Source of the DNA: Cyanidioschyzon merolae
Lineage: Eukaryota
Assembly: GCA_000091205.1 (NCBI GenBank)
Contig: AP006501.2
Strand: one strand, 5' to 3'
Length of the DNA stretch: 64,000 nucleotides
Part shown: piece after piece, positions 21,035 through 32,417 of the stretch
Layout: every line of letters starts with the position of its first letter
How positions within the stretch are numbered: position 1 is the stretch's first letter
Program-made: the position numbers and the translations under genes
The notes under the pieces: generated by a model
The model's input: only the letters and a program-made list of their open reading frames with translations
Database searches by the model: none
What the model was told of the DNA's origin: nothing

Positions 21035-24000
21035 CTACGGGAGGCGGGTGCGACGTGCCTTAAGCATGCGCCGCGGCGCCATGGTACCAGGAGCGTGCGC
21101 ATCGCCAAGGGCTTGCGTTGGTGCGAATCCAGGCGCTCCCAGCAACGGTGTCGCTGGCGGAGGCACGCCATTCGCCGCCGGGTCACTCGGAGCCAGCGAC
21201 GGCCACGGTAAGGACGCTGGCAACGGTGCGGCAGCGCCCGATGCGGGCCACGGTGATTGCAACGACGACACCGCTGGTGCCGAGACAGTCGGCGTCTGCA
21301 TCGGTGCACTGAGCGATGAGGTCGTCCACATTGATGTACCGTTCGTGCCTTGAGATGCCGATCCAAACCAGAAAGGTTCCGAATTGGTACTTGCTGTCGG
21401 TGCAGAGAACAACCAAGCGGGTGGTTTCGGCGGCGCGTTGCTAGCAGAAGCGGCGACCGTGGTATCAGTTGCGCCAGCCGCTGGTGGACCAAAGTGAAAC
21501 GTGCGCGCAGGAGCCGGTATCGCGAATGCTCCCTGTGAAATAGATGCCTTCGGTGCAGGGGCCGCGGTTGCGGGCACCTGTTGCGATGCCCCACTTGTGT
21601 CCTGCGATTGCAGGGGCGTCTTCTGGGGTGATTCCCCAAGCGCGGCACCAGCTGTGTCAACGGTTTGTATGGACTGCGTTTCTGTGGAATTCGGCTTCCG
21701 GGATGCGGTTCCGTCGCTGACGGGCGCTGCCGATGTCTCAGCCGCGGATTTGGTTTCGTACGCCGCCTTTTGCGGCATCGCCATCTCAGAGGCTGATTCC
21801 TGCTGCTCTTGCCCAGTACTGCCAGGCGGAGCGTGCATCCGTGGTACGTCATCGGGCGACGCTGACGCCAGCGTATTCGGCTTCGGGTCTGCTGGTGCGC
21901 CGGAGCACTGCGCGATCTCATCGTGTTCGTGCGGCAGTTCTGTCTGCACAAATCCCGCGAGCGATGTCTTTGCGATTTCCGACGACGACGGCGCAACGTC
22001 CAATGACCCTGATGCTGTTGGAGCAGGCGCTGCCGCATTCGGTGGTGCTATGTGTACGGAGGAGTCTGTAGATTCCTGTCGCGACGCTGATTCGCTCGAC
22101 ACCGGCACCGTCGAAGGCTGCACAGTCGTATCAACAGGCACGTACCCGGTTCTTTGAGTAGAGCCGGCTGTGGACAGTGATGGCGGTCGCCAAGGTTCCG
22201 GAATACGCGGCAACGCGATCTCGAGAGGGCGCATGCGCGGTGGCAGCGTCGGCAATGTCGGTGCGTCGGGACTGGAACCCTTCGACAACGTTGTCTCTGC
22301 AGCGTCGGCATGGAGCTGGGCTTCTGGTGACGCTTGTTGCGCGTGCTCTCCATGCTCTGGTAGCGACACCGTTCGTTGCACTTGGAGTTCATCATCGCCG
22401 AGTTTTGACGGGACTATTCGCCGCATGGCTTCGAGTTGCATGTCCCTGGCACCACCAGCCGCAGCACCAAATACGGTCGCAGATTTTGACCTGGCCTGCT
22501 GCTCAGCATCTCCTGTAGGTGGCAATGAAACAGCACCAGCATCCCGCGTAGTTGGCGCTGTGGTGTCATGCGTACCAGTGGCGGCGAGGTCCACTGCAGC
22601 AGCACTTGCATGCTGATCGGCCTTCAGCGGTGGTGTTCGCAAATGCATGTCTTGTTCGGCAGTGAGAGACGACGAGATGTTCGCGTCATCAGCGGAAACA
22701 TCCATCGAAAGCGTACGGCGCTTATTCCGAGCCGCCACTGTTTGCGCAGCACGGTCCAATGCGACGTCCAGCTCAGTACTATGGTCTATGGTGAAACCGC
22801 GATTGCTAGTCACGTCGGATGCAGCGGTTGCTGCTGCGGGTGTTCGCTTCCCAGGTGTTATGCAAGTGTCGCGCTCCCGCTCCGGCTGATCGCGAATCCT
22901 CTTCAGCGATTCGATGAGTTGATATAGGCGGCTCGTTGGAGCTCCAGCGCCATCACCATCTTTGCGGATGTCTGCTCGGGCTCGCTGACCATCGCGCCCA
23001 TTTTGATGCCTATCGGAACGCGTACCCGTCACGATAAGGTTAGCGTCTGATCGGCGCCGTTTCGCCGCACTCATCCGCAGTGCAGGCGATCCATCGAACG
23101 TCCAGACGGCATCTAAACTGCGGTTCTGCACGCTGTGCGCCTGGGATGGCACTGATCCGCTGCCCAGGGATCCAGACGGTAGCGCGCCAGCGCTCTGCTC
23201 GAACACGCCAATGGGGCTGGTTCGCTTCGCGGATGTCGCATTGCTTGTTCGCGTTCGCCCATGCGGGACGTCTCGCAGCGGAAGTGTCGTGAGCGGTACC
23301 GCAGGCAACTTCACGTGACGGACGTCTGCTCTATTTCGCAACCAGCCATCACTTCTGTCGTCGATAGCGCTCATTCCTGACCGCTCTAATTCGCGTCCAA
23401 GAAGGCTCGTCGATAACCTAGGATCCAGGTGCTCCTGCTGGTAGCTCTCTGGATGCGCGCAAAGCGTACTGTAGTGCTGCCTCTCGAGTGAAGCGTGCAA
23501 CGACGACGATCGAGCTCTGTAGGTGTCCAGCATCGACGACGACAGGCGTTCGGTGCTATGCTGTGTGAAACGTGCCTCTAGTCGCGACGCACCAGCGACG
23601 AAATCCGACTCGGTCGGTGTCCATGGCGACAGGCGGCGGAAATCGGAACCGCTTGGACGTACCGAGTACATGGTGCTGGTCGGTGTCGCGGCAGGGGCAT
23701 CCATAATACGCCGATGCGGCACGATCCCCAATGCAGACGGCCGTATCTTTGGTGCTGGCGGCAGGTCGGCCAAATTTCGGATGAGCGACTGCTCCTGCGC
23801 AGGAGATCCCCCTTTTGATGCCTGAATCGCAACGCCCATCGATCGCGTCTCTGTTCGCTGCCTGAACGTCCGAATGACATCGTAGCTGGTCACGAGCGAT
23901 GCCTGCCGGGTGCTACGCTCTGGTGCTCGCGAATCGTTCGCGGGTTGCGCTCCGTAAACCCGTGTCGTAGGGGATTCGGTGTGGGTCGCGGTGGTGGCTG

Positions 24001-25825
24001 CGGCGCGTTCATGTCGTGAGGTGCTATCCAGGTTCGTCAAGAGCTGGGTCGGGGCTAGACTCTCGTGCGGCTGCGATACAGCCGTCCGCTGCTCTGGCAA
24101 ACGCGCTGTCGGCACTGGCCCTGAAGAACAGGCGATCGCGGGAGCCAGCGAATCCGCAACATCGCGTGCCAGTGCGGTCGAGGTTGCGCGAGATGACGCA
24201 TCCGGAACCTGTTGCGTCGTGCCCGAGAGCACGGAATCCCGGGAATGCTGCGCTTCACTGGCGTACTGGTCACTTTCGGAGCGAGTGGGATCTCCAGTGT
24301 CCATCAGGAGGCTATCTTGCCTCTGGACGACTCCATCCTTCAGAGGCAACGCTTTCGAGTCGTTCGCATATTCGAGCTGCGTCTCTTGCTTGTGCGGCGT
24401 GTGTTTTGAAGCATCCTCGCACTCACGGGCCGAGTCTGCCGAAGCGGATACAGTCGCTGTTTCGCCGACCATGCGCGTACGCTGCACCGTCCCATTAGAC
24501 GCATCTCCATCTGATGATGCACTCGAATAGCGTCCACGATGTTCTCGTGAATCTGTTCTCGAGGACTGCAAGCCATTGGGAGATCCATGTTCAAGACTAG
24601 TCGACGCGGCAGGGGATCTGCTGCTCCCGCGCCAGAGACGCCACCATCTCGACAATGACATCTGGAGTCGTCCGAGCCACCCGTGCGCACCTCGAATCCT
24701 GAGCATAGCTCCAAGCGTCAAGTCTTCCCGTGAATTTGCGCAAAGCTCCTGTGCCTCCATCGAGCTCAGGGCTCGCGCGATGGCCCGGGTTTCGACGGCC
24801 ACTGCCCTGCTGGATTGCTTCCGTACGCCACCGTCGTGCTGTTTCGGTTTCGTCGCTCGCTGTACAGCTCTTGTGGTGCCTTTTTTACCAGGCACACTGT
24901 CCCGATTCATAACATGAGCTGTTCCTGTTCGCCTCTGTACGGGATGCGAGCGTCTGCCTGTCTGGCGTCCATGGACAACACCCGTCCCGGTCGTGGTCTG
25001 GTCATGCGCCTCGCGCACTGCATACAAGTGAGAATGTTCGTCCGATGAGGAGACGCTCCGCTGAGGCGATGCCTCCTCCTGATGATGACGCTCCCGCGGC
25101 AACGACTCCATTCCGGACGGCAAGTGCACGGACGCTGTGGCGCTGGGCACGCTCGAGCGCCCGCGTGGCGCTCGCTGCTGTGAGCCCCTGCCCGGAGACT
25201 CCGACTCGAGCGCACCTTGATTCGATGAACTCTGGACATATGTCGCTATATGATCGCTAGACTGGCGTTGTGCACTTGTGGAAACCGTTGATCGAGGCGT
25301 CTGCTCCGTCGCTCGGCAAGCAAGGGCAGCAGCTCTGCGCACCTGAGACCGCGTGAGTGGGCCATTCTCGTTCGAAAAGCTCGCTGTTGCACGCTTCTGA
25401 CCAGGAGCAAGTTCGTAGCCGGCCTCAACCGTCACACTTAGCCTTCGCACCGGGGTTTCGTGCTCGGGTCGCACGGGCGTGTCGGACGGAGTACCTGCGA
25501 GTCCTCCGTGTGGCTCCTGCACAGCTACTGGCGAACTCTCCGCTGACTGGTCTCTCCTTGAAAGGGTAGTGTCGCTACGCTCCCCAGCTGACTTTCTTCG
25601 AGCGGCTGATGTCTTGCGACTAGACTTCGTCTTCAAAGGCACGTCCGTCTCTACGGAGTGAGACGGCGTCCGCGTACTCGTCGACCTACTGGAACGCCGT
25701 CGGGGGGTCCGTCGTCGCGGGCTTGTCCTCCAACGGGCTTCGATGCGGGATCCTTCCGGCAAGTCATAGTTGCCGTGTCGCGTGCTTACCATACCAGCTG
25801 TCAGTGGACGCCTTGAGCGCACCAA
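21035..25825 (-). CDS. Very large (1596 aa) Ser/Thr/Ala/Pro-rich low-complexity, predicted-disordered protein of unknown function
   Basis: A 4.8-kb open frame is far longer than expected by chance at this GC content. The C-terminal part carries FG-like motifs (FHFGP, FWFGS) and there is no recognisable domain. A long Arg-rich shadow ORF (20704-22038) overlaps it in another frame. Confidence 0.5.
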   Translation of the reverse strand: MVRSRRPLTAGMVSTRHGNYDLPEGSRIEARWRTSPRRRTPRRRSSRSTSTRTPSHSVETDVPLKTKSSRKTSAARRKSAGERSDTTLSRRDQSAESSPVAVQEPHGGLAGTPSDTPVRPEHETPVRRLSVTVEAGYELAPGQKRATASFSNENGPLTRSQVRRAAALACRATEQTPRSTVSTSAQRQSSDHIATYVQSSSNQGALESESPGRGSQQRAPRGRSSVPSATASVHLPSGMESLPRERHHQEEASPQRSVSSSDEHSHLYAVREAHDQTTTGTGVVHGRQTGRRSHPVQRRTGTAHVMNRDSVPGKKGTTRAVQRATKPKQHDGGVRKQSSRAVAVETRAIARALSSMEAQELCANSREDLTLGAMLRIRGAHGWLGRLQMSLSRWWRLWRGSSRSPAASTSLEHGSPNGLQSSRTDSREHRGRYSSASSDGDASNGTVQRTRMVGETATVSASADSARECEDASKHTPHKQETQLEYANDSKALPLKDGVVQRQDSLLMDTGDPTRSESDQYASEAQHSRDSVLSGTTQQVPDASSRATSTALARDVADSLAPAIACSSGPVPTARLPEQRTAVSQPHESLAPTQLLTNLDSTSRHERAAATTATHTESPTTRVYGAQPANDSRAPERSTRQASLVTSYDVIRTFRQRTETRSMGVAIQASKGGSPAQEQSLIRNLADLPPAPKIRPSALGIVPHRRIMDAPAATPTSTMYSVRPSGSDFRRLSPWTPTESDFVAGASRLEARFTQHSTERLSSSMLDTYRARSSSLHASLERQHYSTLCAHPESYQQEHLDPRLSTSLLGRELERSGMSAIDDRSDGWLRNRADVRHVKLPAVPLTTLPLRDVPHGRTRTSNATSAKRTSPIGVFEQSAGALPSGSLGSGSVPSQAHSVQNRSLDAVWTFDGSPALRMSAAKRRRSDANLIVTGTRSDRHQNGRDGQRARADIRKDGDGAGAPTSRLYQLIESLKRIRDQPERERDTCITPGKRTPAAATAASDVTSNRGFTIDHSTELDVALDRAAQTVAARNKRRTLSMDVSADDANISSSLTAEQDMHLRTPPLKADQHASAAAVDLAATGTHDTTAPTTRDAGAVSLPPTGDAEQQARSKSATVFGAAAGGARDMQLEAMRRIVPSKLGDDELQVQRTVSLPEHGEHAQQASPEAQLHADAAETTLSKGSSPDAPTLPTLPPRMRPLEIALPRIPEPWRPPSLSTAGSTQRTGYVPVDTTVQPSTVPVSSESASRQESTDSSVHIAPPNAAAPAPTASGSLDVAPSSSEIAKTSLAGFVQTELPHEHDEIAQCSGAPADPKPNTLASASPDDVPRMHAPPGSTGQEQQESASEMAMPQKAAYETKSAAETSAAPVSDGTASRKPNSTETQSIQTVDTAGAALGESPQKTPLQSQDTSGASQQVPATAAPAPKASISQGAFAIPAPARTFHFGPPAAGATDTTVAASASNAPPKPPAWLFSAPTASTNSEPFWFGSASQGTNGTSMWTTSSLSAPMQTPTVSAPAVSSLQSPWPASGAAAPLPASLPWPSLAPSDPAANGVPPPATPLLGAPGFAPTQALGDAHAPGTMAPRRMLKARRTRLP

Positions 25826-26098
25826 GGGCTTTCAAGGCGTACGCAATGGTCGAAAACGCTTCTACGAGGTTCGTGCTGATCGCGCCAAGCCTCTGAGATC
25901 CGCTTGGTCCAGACCCGTGCTGGATCCTAGTCGGACACTGAGCTGCTTGATCTGCGCTTGCCTAGAAACTTTTTCACGAGTTTTTATACATGTCCAGCGT
26001 TAACATTCTAAATGCAGTTGTAGGGGCCCAGGGATTCATAAACACTTTTGCGATTGCCCGTTCATCTTTTCGGAATGGCTCACTCGACGCCGTCTGCC

Positions 26099-26800
26099 CG
26101 GTGGAATTCGTTGCGTCACCGATATCAAGACCATTCAAGACGTCCTCGAACAAGGTTTCTTGATGTAACCGATATCGTTTTCCAACGCATACGTAGAAGC
26201 GTCAAATTCGTTTCTGTCAAGCTAGCCTGTTGACGTCGTGCGTTCTTCTAGTTTTCCACGTTTCTGTTTCGAGGCAACTCGTGGGCGCAGCTGTTCGCGC
26301 TCCTGAATTGACGAGAAAAAGACTTGACGTCGACCATTGATGAATTGTTCACGAGTTCACGCAGAAATTTTTCCCAAAATCTTCACGTCGAATAATCAAT
26401 TCCTTTCGAAAGAAAACCCCTTATCTTATCACGGCCATCGATGCAACCGCATTCCACAAAAGCACGATGCTGCTCACCTGGGATCGTACACCAGACGATC
26501 ATACCGCTTCGGATTGCATGGTAAATGGCCGCGGATTCGGACTCGAGTCATTGCAGTGATCGTCCGGATTGGACAGATGTCAATGCTTTGCACGAGGGAA
26601 GCGTAGATGGATCGTAATTTATCGATACGCTCCGTCTTCTCAATTCACCACTCTGTGCTTGTCTCATCACGAGTGATATAGCGGCGCTCAAATCTTCCTC
26701 TGTTCTGGAGAAAGGCAGATGACATGGGACTCGTTATCTTTTACATTCGAACGAATTCTCCACGGTTCAACCCGGTCGAGTAGTTCGGGGCCTTGAAAAA
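26099..26800 (+). repeat. Dispersed repeat family 1, copy D
   Basis: It begins ggtggaattcgttgcgtcacc. The internal block gggcgcagctgttcgcgctcctgaattgacgagaaaaag...ttgttcacgag aligns with copy A (gggcgcagcaatgcgcgccgctggattgacgaggagaaaag...ttgttcacgaa). It is more diverged toward the 3' end, so that boundary is approximate. Confidence 0.45.
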
Positions 26801-28456
26801 CAGCTCCCGAGAAGCAAATGTCGGATTTGGATATCTTGGATCTGCCTCGACACGAACTGGTACTCGAGACTTGTGGCGCCGCAGTGGCGGCCATCTGACT
26901 CGCAGGGGCTACTTGCGCAAAAATTGTTTCCCTATTCGGATAGGGGATTCTTGCAGGGGCCGTAAGAAACGGGAAGACCACACAGTCAAGAATAAATATG
27001 CTTTGCCTGTTGCTCATCGGAGGAACACGCCCGAAGCGCGCCAGGTATGGCAGAGAGACCATCATGCAAGTGCAAACCGATATCCTGGCGCGTTTCCAGT
27101 GTAGTTGCGTGCCGCTCCCGGAGAACCTCGCTATTCTCGGATGGAACGCCCTCCTGGAAGAAGGTCATCGCTTGGACATCGTCTCGGATGAGAAGCTCTG
27201 TTTAACGCTGTTGCACGACGCATCGATTGTAGAGAGAAACCCGAGAATACACATACACTTGCCGGAACGCAAAGCCCGCATCCCAAAAATACGCACTGCT
27301 CTGTAGCAAGCTGAACAACGAGGTTACTTCACGCGTAACCTCCTGCTCTTTCTGTGTATCGTTGAGCTTTGGAACCTGTATGCGATCATTCAATCTCTGC
27401 TGTTTGCTCTTTTTCCGAATACAAGAGCATCTGTGGCGCGCGTTGTCGCCAGATAAGGAATACGCAGCGGAAAGAGACCCCAGTCTGGCGAACAAGTACC
27501 GCAATTTGGATCCGTCTACGCTCCATTCATGCAAAGTTCTGAGGGAATCTCCAATGAAAACGATCGCCGTGGTGACTCAAGTCCCAGCCCAAAGCCGTTT
27601 CTAATGCAAACAACGACTACGGGAGCCAATGGGAACGTATCCCGTGCGAGGCAACACGCTGCTGTCGAATGCTCTTTCGCCGATGCCCACAAAGAGAGGC
27701 GGATGTGACTTGCGAACGAAGTCGATTCTTTGGTGTAACAAGTTTGGTGCAATTTTGGCATGAACTCGTGAGGAACTCGGCAATGGTCGGCACTGAGCTT
27801 CTTTCGCTCGTCAGAATGCCGGCCGGAATTGCTGCACCTGCCACTTGCCCCGAGACGAAAACAACGCATCTAGGAAGCATGCGTGATTGAAGCCTGCCTT
27901 CCGCAAGAAAACGAATCGAATGCCAATGCATACGCATTTGCGAATGATATCGCTTATGGTACGAACCGTTCTTCGAGCGCGTCACGCATCATGTTGATTC
28001 CAGTGAGGTACCGAATTCAAGTGTCATAGATTCAACGATGCCGTTTCGCAAAAACAACCGAGAACCTTTATACTACGTCTGCACCCGTAACCTCGTATTG
28101 TTGCCCTGTGCTTGTCGAGACTGGACGTCTGAAAAATGATCCGAAAATGAGTCATACGGCAGGGAGCGTATGAGCTGTTCCGTGGACCATTCGATTCGGA
28201 GAGCGCATTTACGCGGTGGATGCGGCAGCCGTGAGTCTTTGCCTTTTAGAACAATAGGAGCACAAGCGGACATGAGCCTGGGCGCAACGCCCCGAGCCGC
28301 CGCCTGCGGGATCCGCGGCGGCGGGAACGTCCGCTTTCGGAAAGCGCGGGAACACGGCGACCTCGAACGACGAAGCGGCTAGCGCGCACAGCCAGCACAC
28401 GACAAGCCGCACTGCATTGTTCCGCAAGTGCACACACTCCTACGACGTTCGGAAAT

Positions 28457-29680
28457 ATGACGGGGGCACTGCGGTATCGAGCACTGGCTCGAGTCATAGA
28501 ACGCTGTCTGGGCTCGCGTGCGCTCGGCGAGAGCGGCTCAGCAGCTGCAGTCAGCAACTATGTCTGGCAGCGCGAAGCATCACGGGGTTTCGTGTTAGGG
28601 ACGCGCCTGCTGCCGTGGTGCCCGCTAGGGTCGCGTTTACTGCACAGTCCATCACAGACAGCGTCAGTTATCAGGATGAATACCGGTTCGTTTGCACCTA
28701 AACCCGATTTGGGTGAACAACAACCAAACACTCTGACGGGGCAGCCACGTATCATGGTCGTTGGGGTTGGCGGCGCCGGTGGAAACGCAGTCAACAACAT
28801 GATCGCGTCTTCACTGCCCGGGGTCGAGTTCCTCGTCGCGAATACAGACGCACAAGCGCTGAAAATGAGCTTATGTCCTAACCGTATCCAGTTAGGTGCA
28901 AGCCTAACTGAGGGGCTCGGCGCGGGCGCTCGACCCGATATTGGACGAGCCGCAGCAGAGGAAGCGTATGAGACGCTCAAGCGAGAGTTCCGAGGCGTAC
29001 ACTTACTGTTCGTCACTGCCGGCATGGGTGGGGGCACCGGCACTGGCGCTGCGCCCATCATTGCACGAGCAGCCGCAGAGCTCGGTTGCCTGACGGTTGC
29101 CGTCGTCACGAAACCGTTCCATTTTGAGGGCATGATCCGAATGAAAACAGCCGAGCAAGGCATCGTCGAGCTCACAGAACATGTCGATACGATGCTGGTC
29201 ATCCCGAACCAGAATCTCTTCAAAGTCGCCTCGCCGCGCACTAGCTTCCTGGATGCATTCCGCCTCGCCGATCACGTGCTCTACTCTGGTGTTCGTTCGA
29301 TTACAGACCTGATGACGGTACCAGGCCTGATCAATTTGGATTTCGCTGATGTTCGCAGTGTTGTTAGGGAAATGGGACGAGCCATGATGGGATCCGGTGA
29401 GGTCGAGATGGAGGCCGGCAACGAAGAACGCGCCATTCGCGCGAGTGAAGCGGCTATCTGTAACCCGCTGCTCGACGAGACCTCCTTACGCGGCGCTCGC
29501 GGGGTGCTTGTGAACATTACCGGTGGTACGGACATGACGCTTTTTGAGATAGATGCTGCAGCGAATCGAATTCGAGAACAGGTCGATCCCGATGCGAACA
29601 TTATTTTCGGATCGGCTTTCGATGCTTCGATGCAGGGGAGGCTTCGCGTCAGTGTTCTCGCGACCGGCATTCCATCCTGA
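28457..29680 (+). CDS. ftsZ: FtsZ, alpha-proteobacterial/mitochondrial type, with N-terminal presequence
   Basis: Tubulin/FtsZ GTPase motifs are present: [51 protein letters not shown] (TGTG variant), [15 protein letters not shown] and [12 protein letters not shown]. About 90 aa of Arg/Ala/Leu-rich N-terminal extension precedes the core, and the protein ends immediately after the core domain. Confidence 0.9.
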   Translation: MTGALRYRALARVIERCLGSRALGESGSAAAVSNYVWQREASRGFVLGTRLLPWCPLGSRLLHSPSQTASVIRMNTGSFAPKPDLGEQQPNTLTGQPRIMVVGVGGAGGNAVNNMIASSLPGVEFLVANTDAQALKMSLCPNRIQLGASLTEGLGAGARPDIGRAAAEEAYETLKREFRGVHLLFVTAGMGGGTGTGAAPIIARAAAELGCLTVAVVTKPFHFEGMIRMKTAEQGIVELTEHVDTMLVIPNQNLFKVASPRTSFLDAFRLADHVLYSGVRSITDLMTVPGLINLDFADVRSVVREMGRAMMGSGEVEMEAGNEERAIRASEAAICNPLLDETSLRGARGVLVNITGGTDMTLFEIDAAANRIREQVDPDANIIFGSAFDASMQGRLRVSVLATGIPS

Positions 29681-30584
29681 TAGGGTGCAAATTTCGAACA
29701 GGCCGACGACTGCTGAACGCGCTCACTTTGGGAACGTGATTCAGATCGTGCGGCGCTGGCGGCAGCAGATGCTCGTCACCTGTCGATATTACCCGATGAC
29801 GTCATATAGCATGCCGAACAGGTGCGCGATGCGGCTGCCACGCCTTGTCGCCACCGGCGTCTGCTCTGGACTGCTATCTTGCGACTGTCCACAGGCATGT
29901 GTTGTTGCTCAGTGCATACGCATCCCGTTGTTCTGTATCCGGCGTGTCGGTGGCGCAATCGACGCTCATCAGGCGCAGCGCTGGCAACAGGTGGACTTGC
30001 GTGGGCCGCACCCAGTTGTTCGGACAAGTCGCAACATGTGCGCAAATCGAGCGGGCGACATGAAACACCCCCGATCTAGACATTGACCTGTGCATAGAGG
30101 GCAACTATGGCTTCAACCGTGTTCATAGCATTCATCGCATATCTTTGTTTTACCCAATTCACGTTGTGTTTCTCTAAATACTTCACGTATCGCCACAGCA
30201 CCTGCAGTTCTCCCGGAGCATGATCGATCCGACAGGCAAAACGGATGACACGTTTGAGCGGCACCCGCTGCGTCTGCGTCATCTTTGAAAACTATGTGCA
30301 ACGGGCTGGGTGCGCATTGACGCCCAGTTGAGTTCGGACGCGCCACAGCACCGCCGTTTCATCACCTCTACCGTGAAGGCGGCGTCACCGCTTTCAGCTG
30401 GCTATTTCGGTAACACAGTCGATCTTTATATGATACATACAGCGTCGCTAGCGCATACAATCGCCCGTAACGCTGCCCGTTGATGCAGCATGCGGGCACC
30501 ATGCTACCTCGGTCAGCTACGAGCGCGCTCGACTCAAGGAGTACGTGGCGCGCCCCGGACATTCGGCGCATCGATCCAAGCGCA

Positions 30585-32417
30585 TCAGAACCTGAACAAG
30601 GGTAGTGAACTATCCACTTCGTTCCAGTTCTTGCTCTCGAACAGATCCTGAACTGTGCGACGTTTGGGCTGGGGTTGGAAAACCTGCGCCGTCCACGTAC
30701 CGTGCAGTCCCATGGGAAGAAACGTTCGTAGGGGCACTTTGCAAACGAGCTTGAGATCCGAGGCATCAAGAATGACCAAGTATGTGCTCCGATGCAACCC
30801 GTCACTGACCACACTGAGTATGTAACCGTCATCTTCCGCTGATTCCTTATCAGGTTCGATCAAGCGGGGCGCAAAAACTGGTTCCCCAGCGAATTCGTAG
30901 ACCGATGGCGGTTGCCACGTAGCTAGCGTCTGGCCGGTGTCGGCGTCGACCTTGATGATGTTCTTGAGAGGGCCTGGCTCCGTGCCAAGTGCGCTTGCCC
31001 CCATGTACACATAGCGATACGGCTGCGTAAGGCGGCTCGGGTTCACCACCGGAAAGTCAACGTGCGTCGTATTCACCTCACGCCAGGTTGCGCGCTGCGT
31101 TCCGCTGCCGCTGCGAGTCGGTATGCGACAGCGCCAAAGGCTGCACTTGGGAACTTGGGTCCCAAAATCGACTGCCTCCACGACACGCTGCGTGCGCGAC
31201 AATCCGTTTCGATGGCGACGAGTCTCTCCCAGGAACAACCGATCCATTCGACAAGCGTCAAGAACAACAGCGTCGTCGTCGTCGTCGTCGTAGGCGTTCA
31301 CAAAATGGAACGCTGTGCAGGTCTCACTCAGAACCTCACGCACAGGTGCACCCGGGTCGTCGCGAGGTATCAGCAGCAAACGCGTCGGCATTCGATCCCC
31401 TTCCCAGGTAATACACTCTCCTGGACACTTGAGTCCGAGCACGAAAGGAAGCGGATGGAAGCGCAGTGGCGCCTGCAGCAAAATATAGTAACGCTGCGTG
31501 ATCATAAAATCGTGGAAGAAACCAAATCCATCAATGTCCACCGTTCGTTCCGAGCATAGCTTCCAATTCTCTGATGCGAATTCCAAAAACCGGATCCGTA
31601 ACCCATTCAAATGCATCCGAGAGGAGAACCCCACGAGGCGTCCCCGGCGAAGTGGATCGACGTGCGGGTGTGCGGTGAACATCGGCATGGGGCCGGTGAG
31701 CGTCCCCCCGAGCCTGAAGACGCCCTTCGTTTCGAGCGTATCAGGGCGCAGCTCATAGGGCAGGCCGCCTTCGTACAAGGCAAGCAACTGGTTCGCGTGG
31801 TAGATCACGTTTGTGTTGGCGAGATTCTTTTGCTCAAGGCGGAACGCGTTGGTCACGATTCCACCCGGCAGCGGTGTAGCAAAAGTGCCGCGGTAGAGCT
31901 GATAGCCGGCGCGACGCTCTTTTAAGTAGCCCTCTGTTCGAACAAAACGATTGCGGAACCATACTGTTCCGTCTCCGCGCAGCGTGAACGCTGCAACGGC
32001 TCCATCACCTTCCCAGGGATGAAGCATTCGTCGAGAGCCAATGGTGAACTTGGATGGACCGTTTCGATACAGGGTGCCGACGAGGTCATGAGGAAGGTCG
32101 GGTAAGTCCAGTACGTAGGAGTCCTCCTCGTTCATATCGCCGTGCGCTAGCTCCCAGGATCGACGATCGAAAGCACTCAGCGACTGTGTTTTACCTGGTG
32201 CCGAGGTTAGCTGGCCCTGTTCACGAACCGTGTTGGTCGCTCCGCTTTCCTGGGAACTCAGATGTGTCGCACCGCCGCTGCGAGCAGGCCGAAGGCTTCT
32301 TCTCTTCAGTCTGCCACATTGGAAAGTAGCGGTGGCGTTCACACTAGCGCCCTTCCAGTGCCTGAGTGCACCGTTGCCGACCACGAAGGCAGTCTTATCT
32401 CCAGGATGCAAATTCAT
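30585..32417 (-). CDS. Carotenoid cleavage oxygenase (RPE65/CCD family)
   Basis: The 610-aa ORF spans the whole family. It has a conserved His-containing ladder (HPHVDP, FFHDFMITQRYYIL, HFVNAYDD, HGTW) and includes an acidic DDDDDD insertion. Confidence 0.85.
   Translation of the reverse strand: MNLHPGDKTAFVVGNGALRHWKGASVNATATFQCGRLKRRSLRPARSGGATHLSSQESGATNTVREQGQLTSAPGKTQSLSAFDRRSWELAHGDMNEEDSYVLDLPDLPHDLVGTLYRNGPSKFTIGSRRMLHPWEGDGAVAAFTLRGDGTVWFRNRFVRTEGYLKERRAGYQLYRGTFATPLPGGIVTNAFRLEQKNLANTNVIYHANQLLALYEGGLPYELRPDTLETKGVFRLGGTLTGPMPMFTAHPHVDPLRRGRLVGFSSRMHLNGLRIRFLEFASENWKLCSERTVDIDGFGFFHDFMITQRYYILLQAPLRFHPLPFVLGLKCPGECITWEGDRMPTRLLLIPRDDPGAPVREVLSETCTAFHFVNAYDDDDDDAVVLDACRMDRLFLGETRRHRNGLSRTQRVVEAVDFGTQVPKCSLWRCRIPTRSGSGTQRATWREVNTTHVDFPVVNPSRLTQPYRYVYMGASALGTEPGPLKNIIKVDADTGQTLATWQPPSVYEFAGEPVFAPRLIEPDKESAEDDGYILSVVSDGLHRSTYLVILDASDLKLVCKVPLRTFLPMGLHGTWTAQVFQPQPKRRTVQDLFESKNWNEVDSSLPLFRF

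Noticed and set aside
20704-22038. 444-aa Arg-rich ORF on the minus strand
   Set aside because: It is an out-of-frame shadow of the 1596-aa ORF in GC-rich sequence, and its composition (R/H/P/Q runs) is typical of alternative-frame artefacts.
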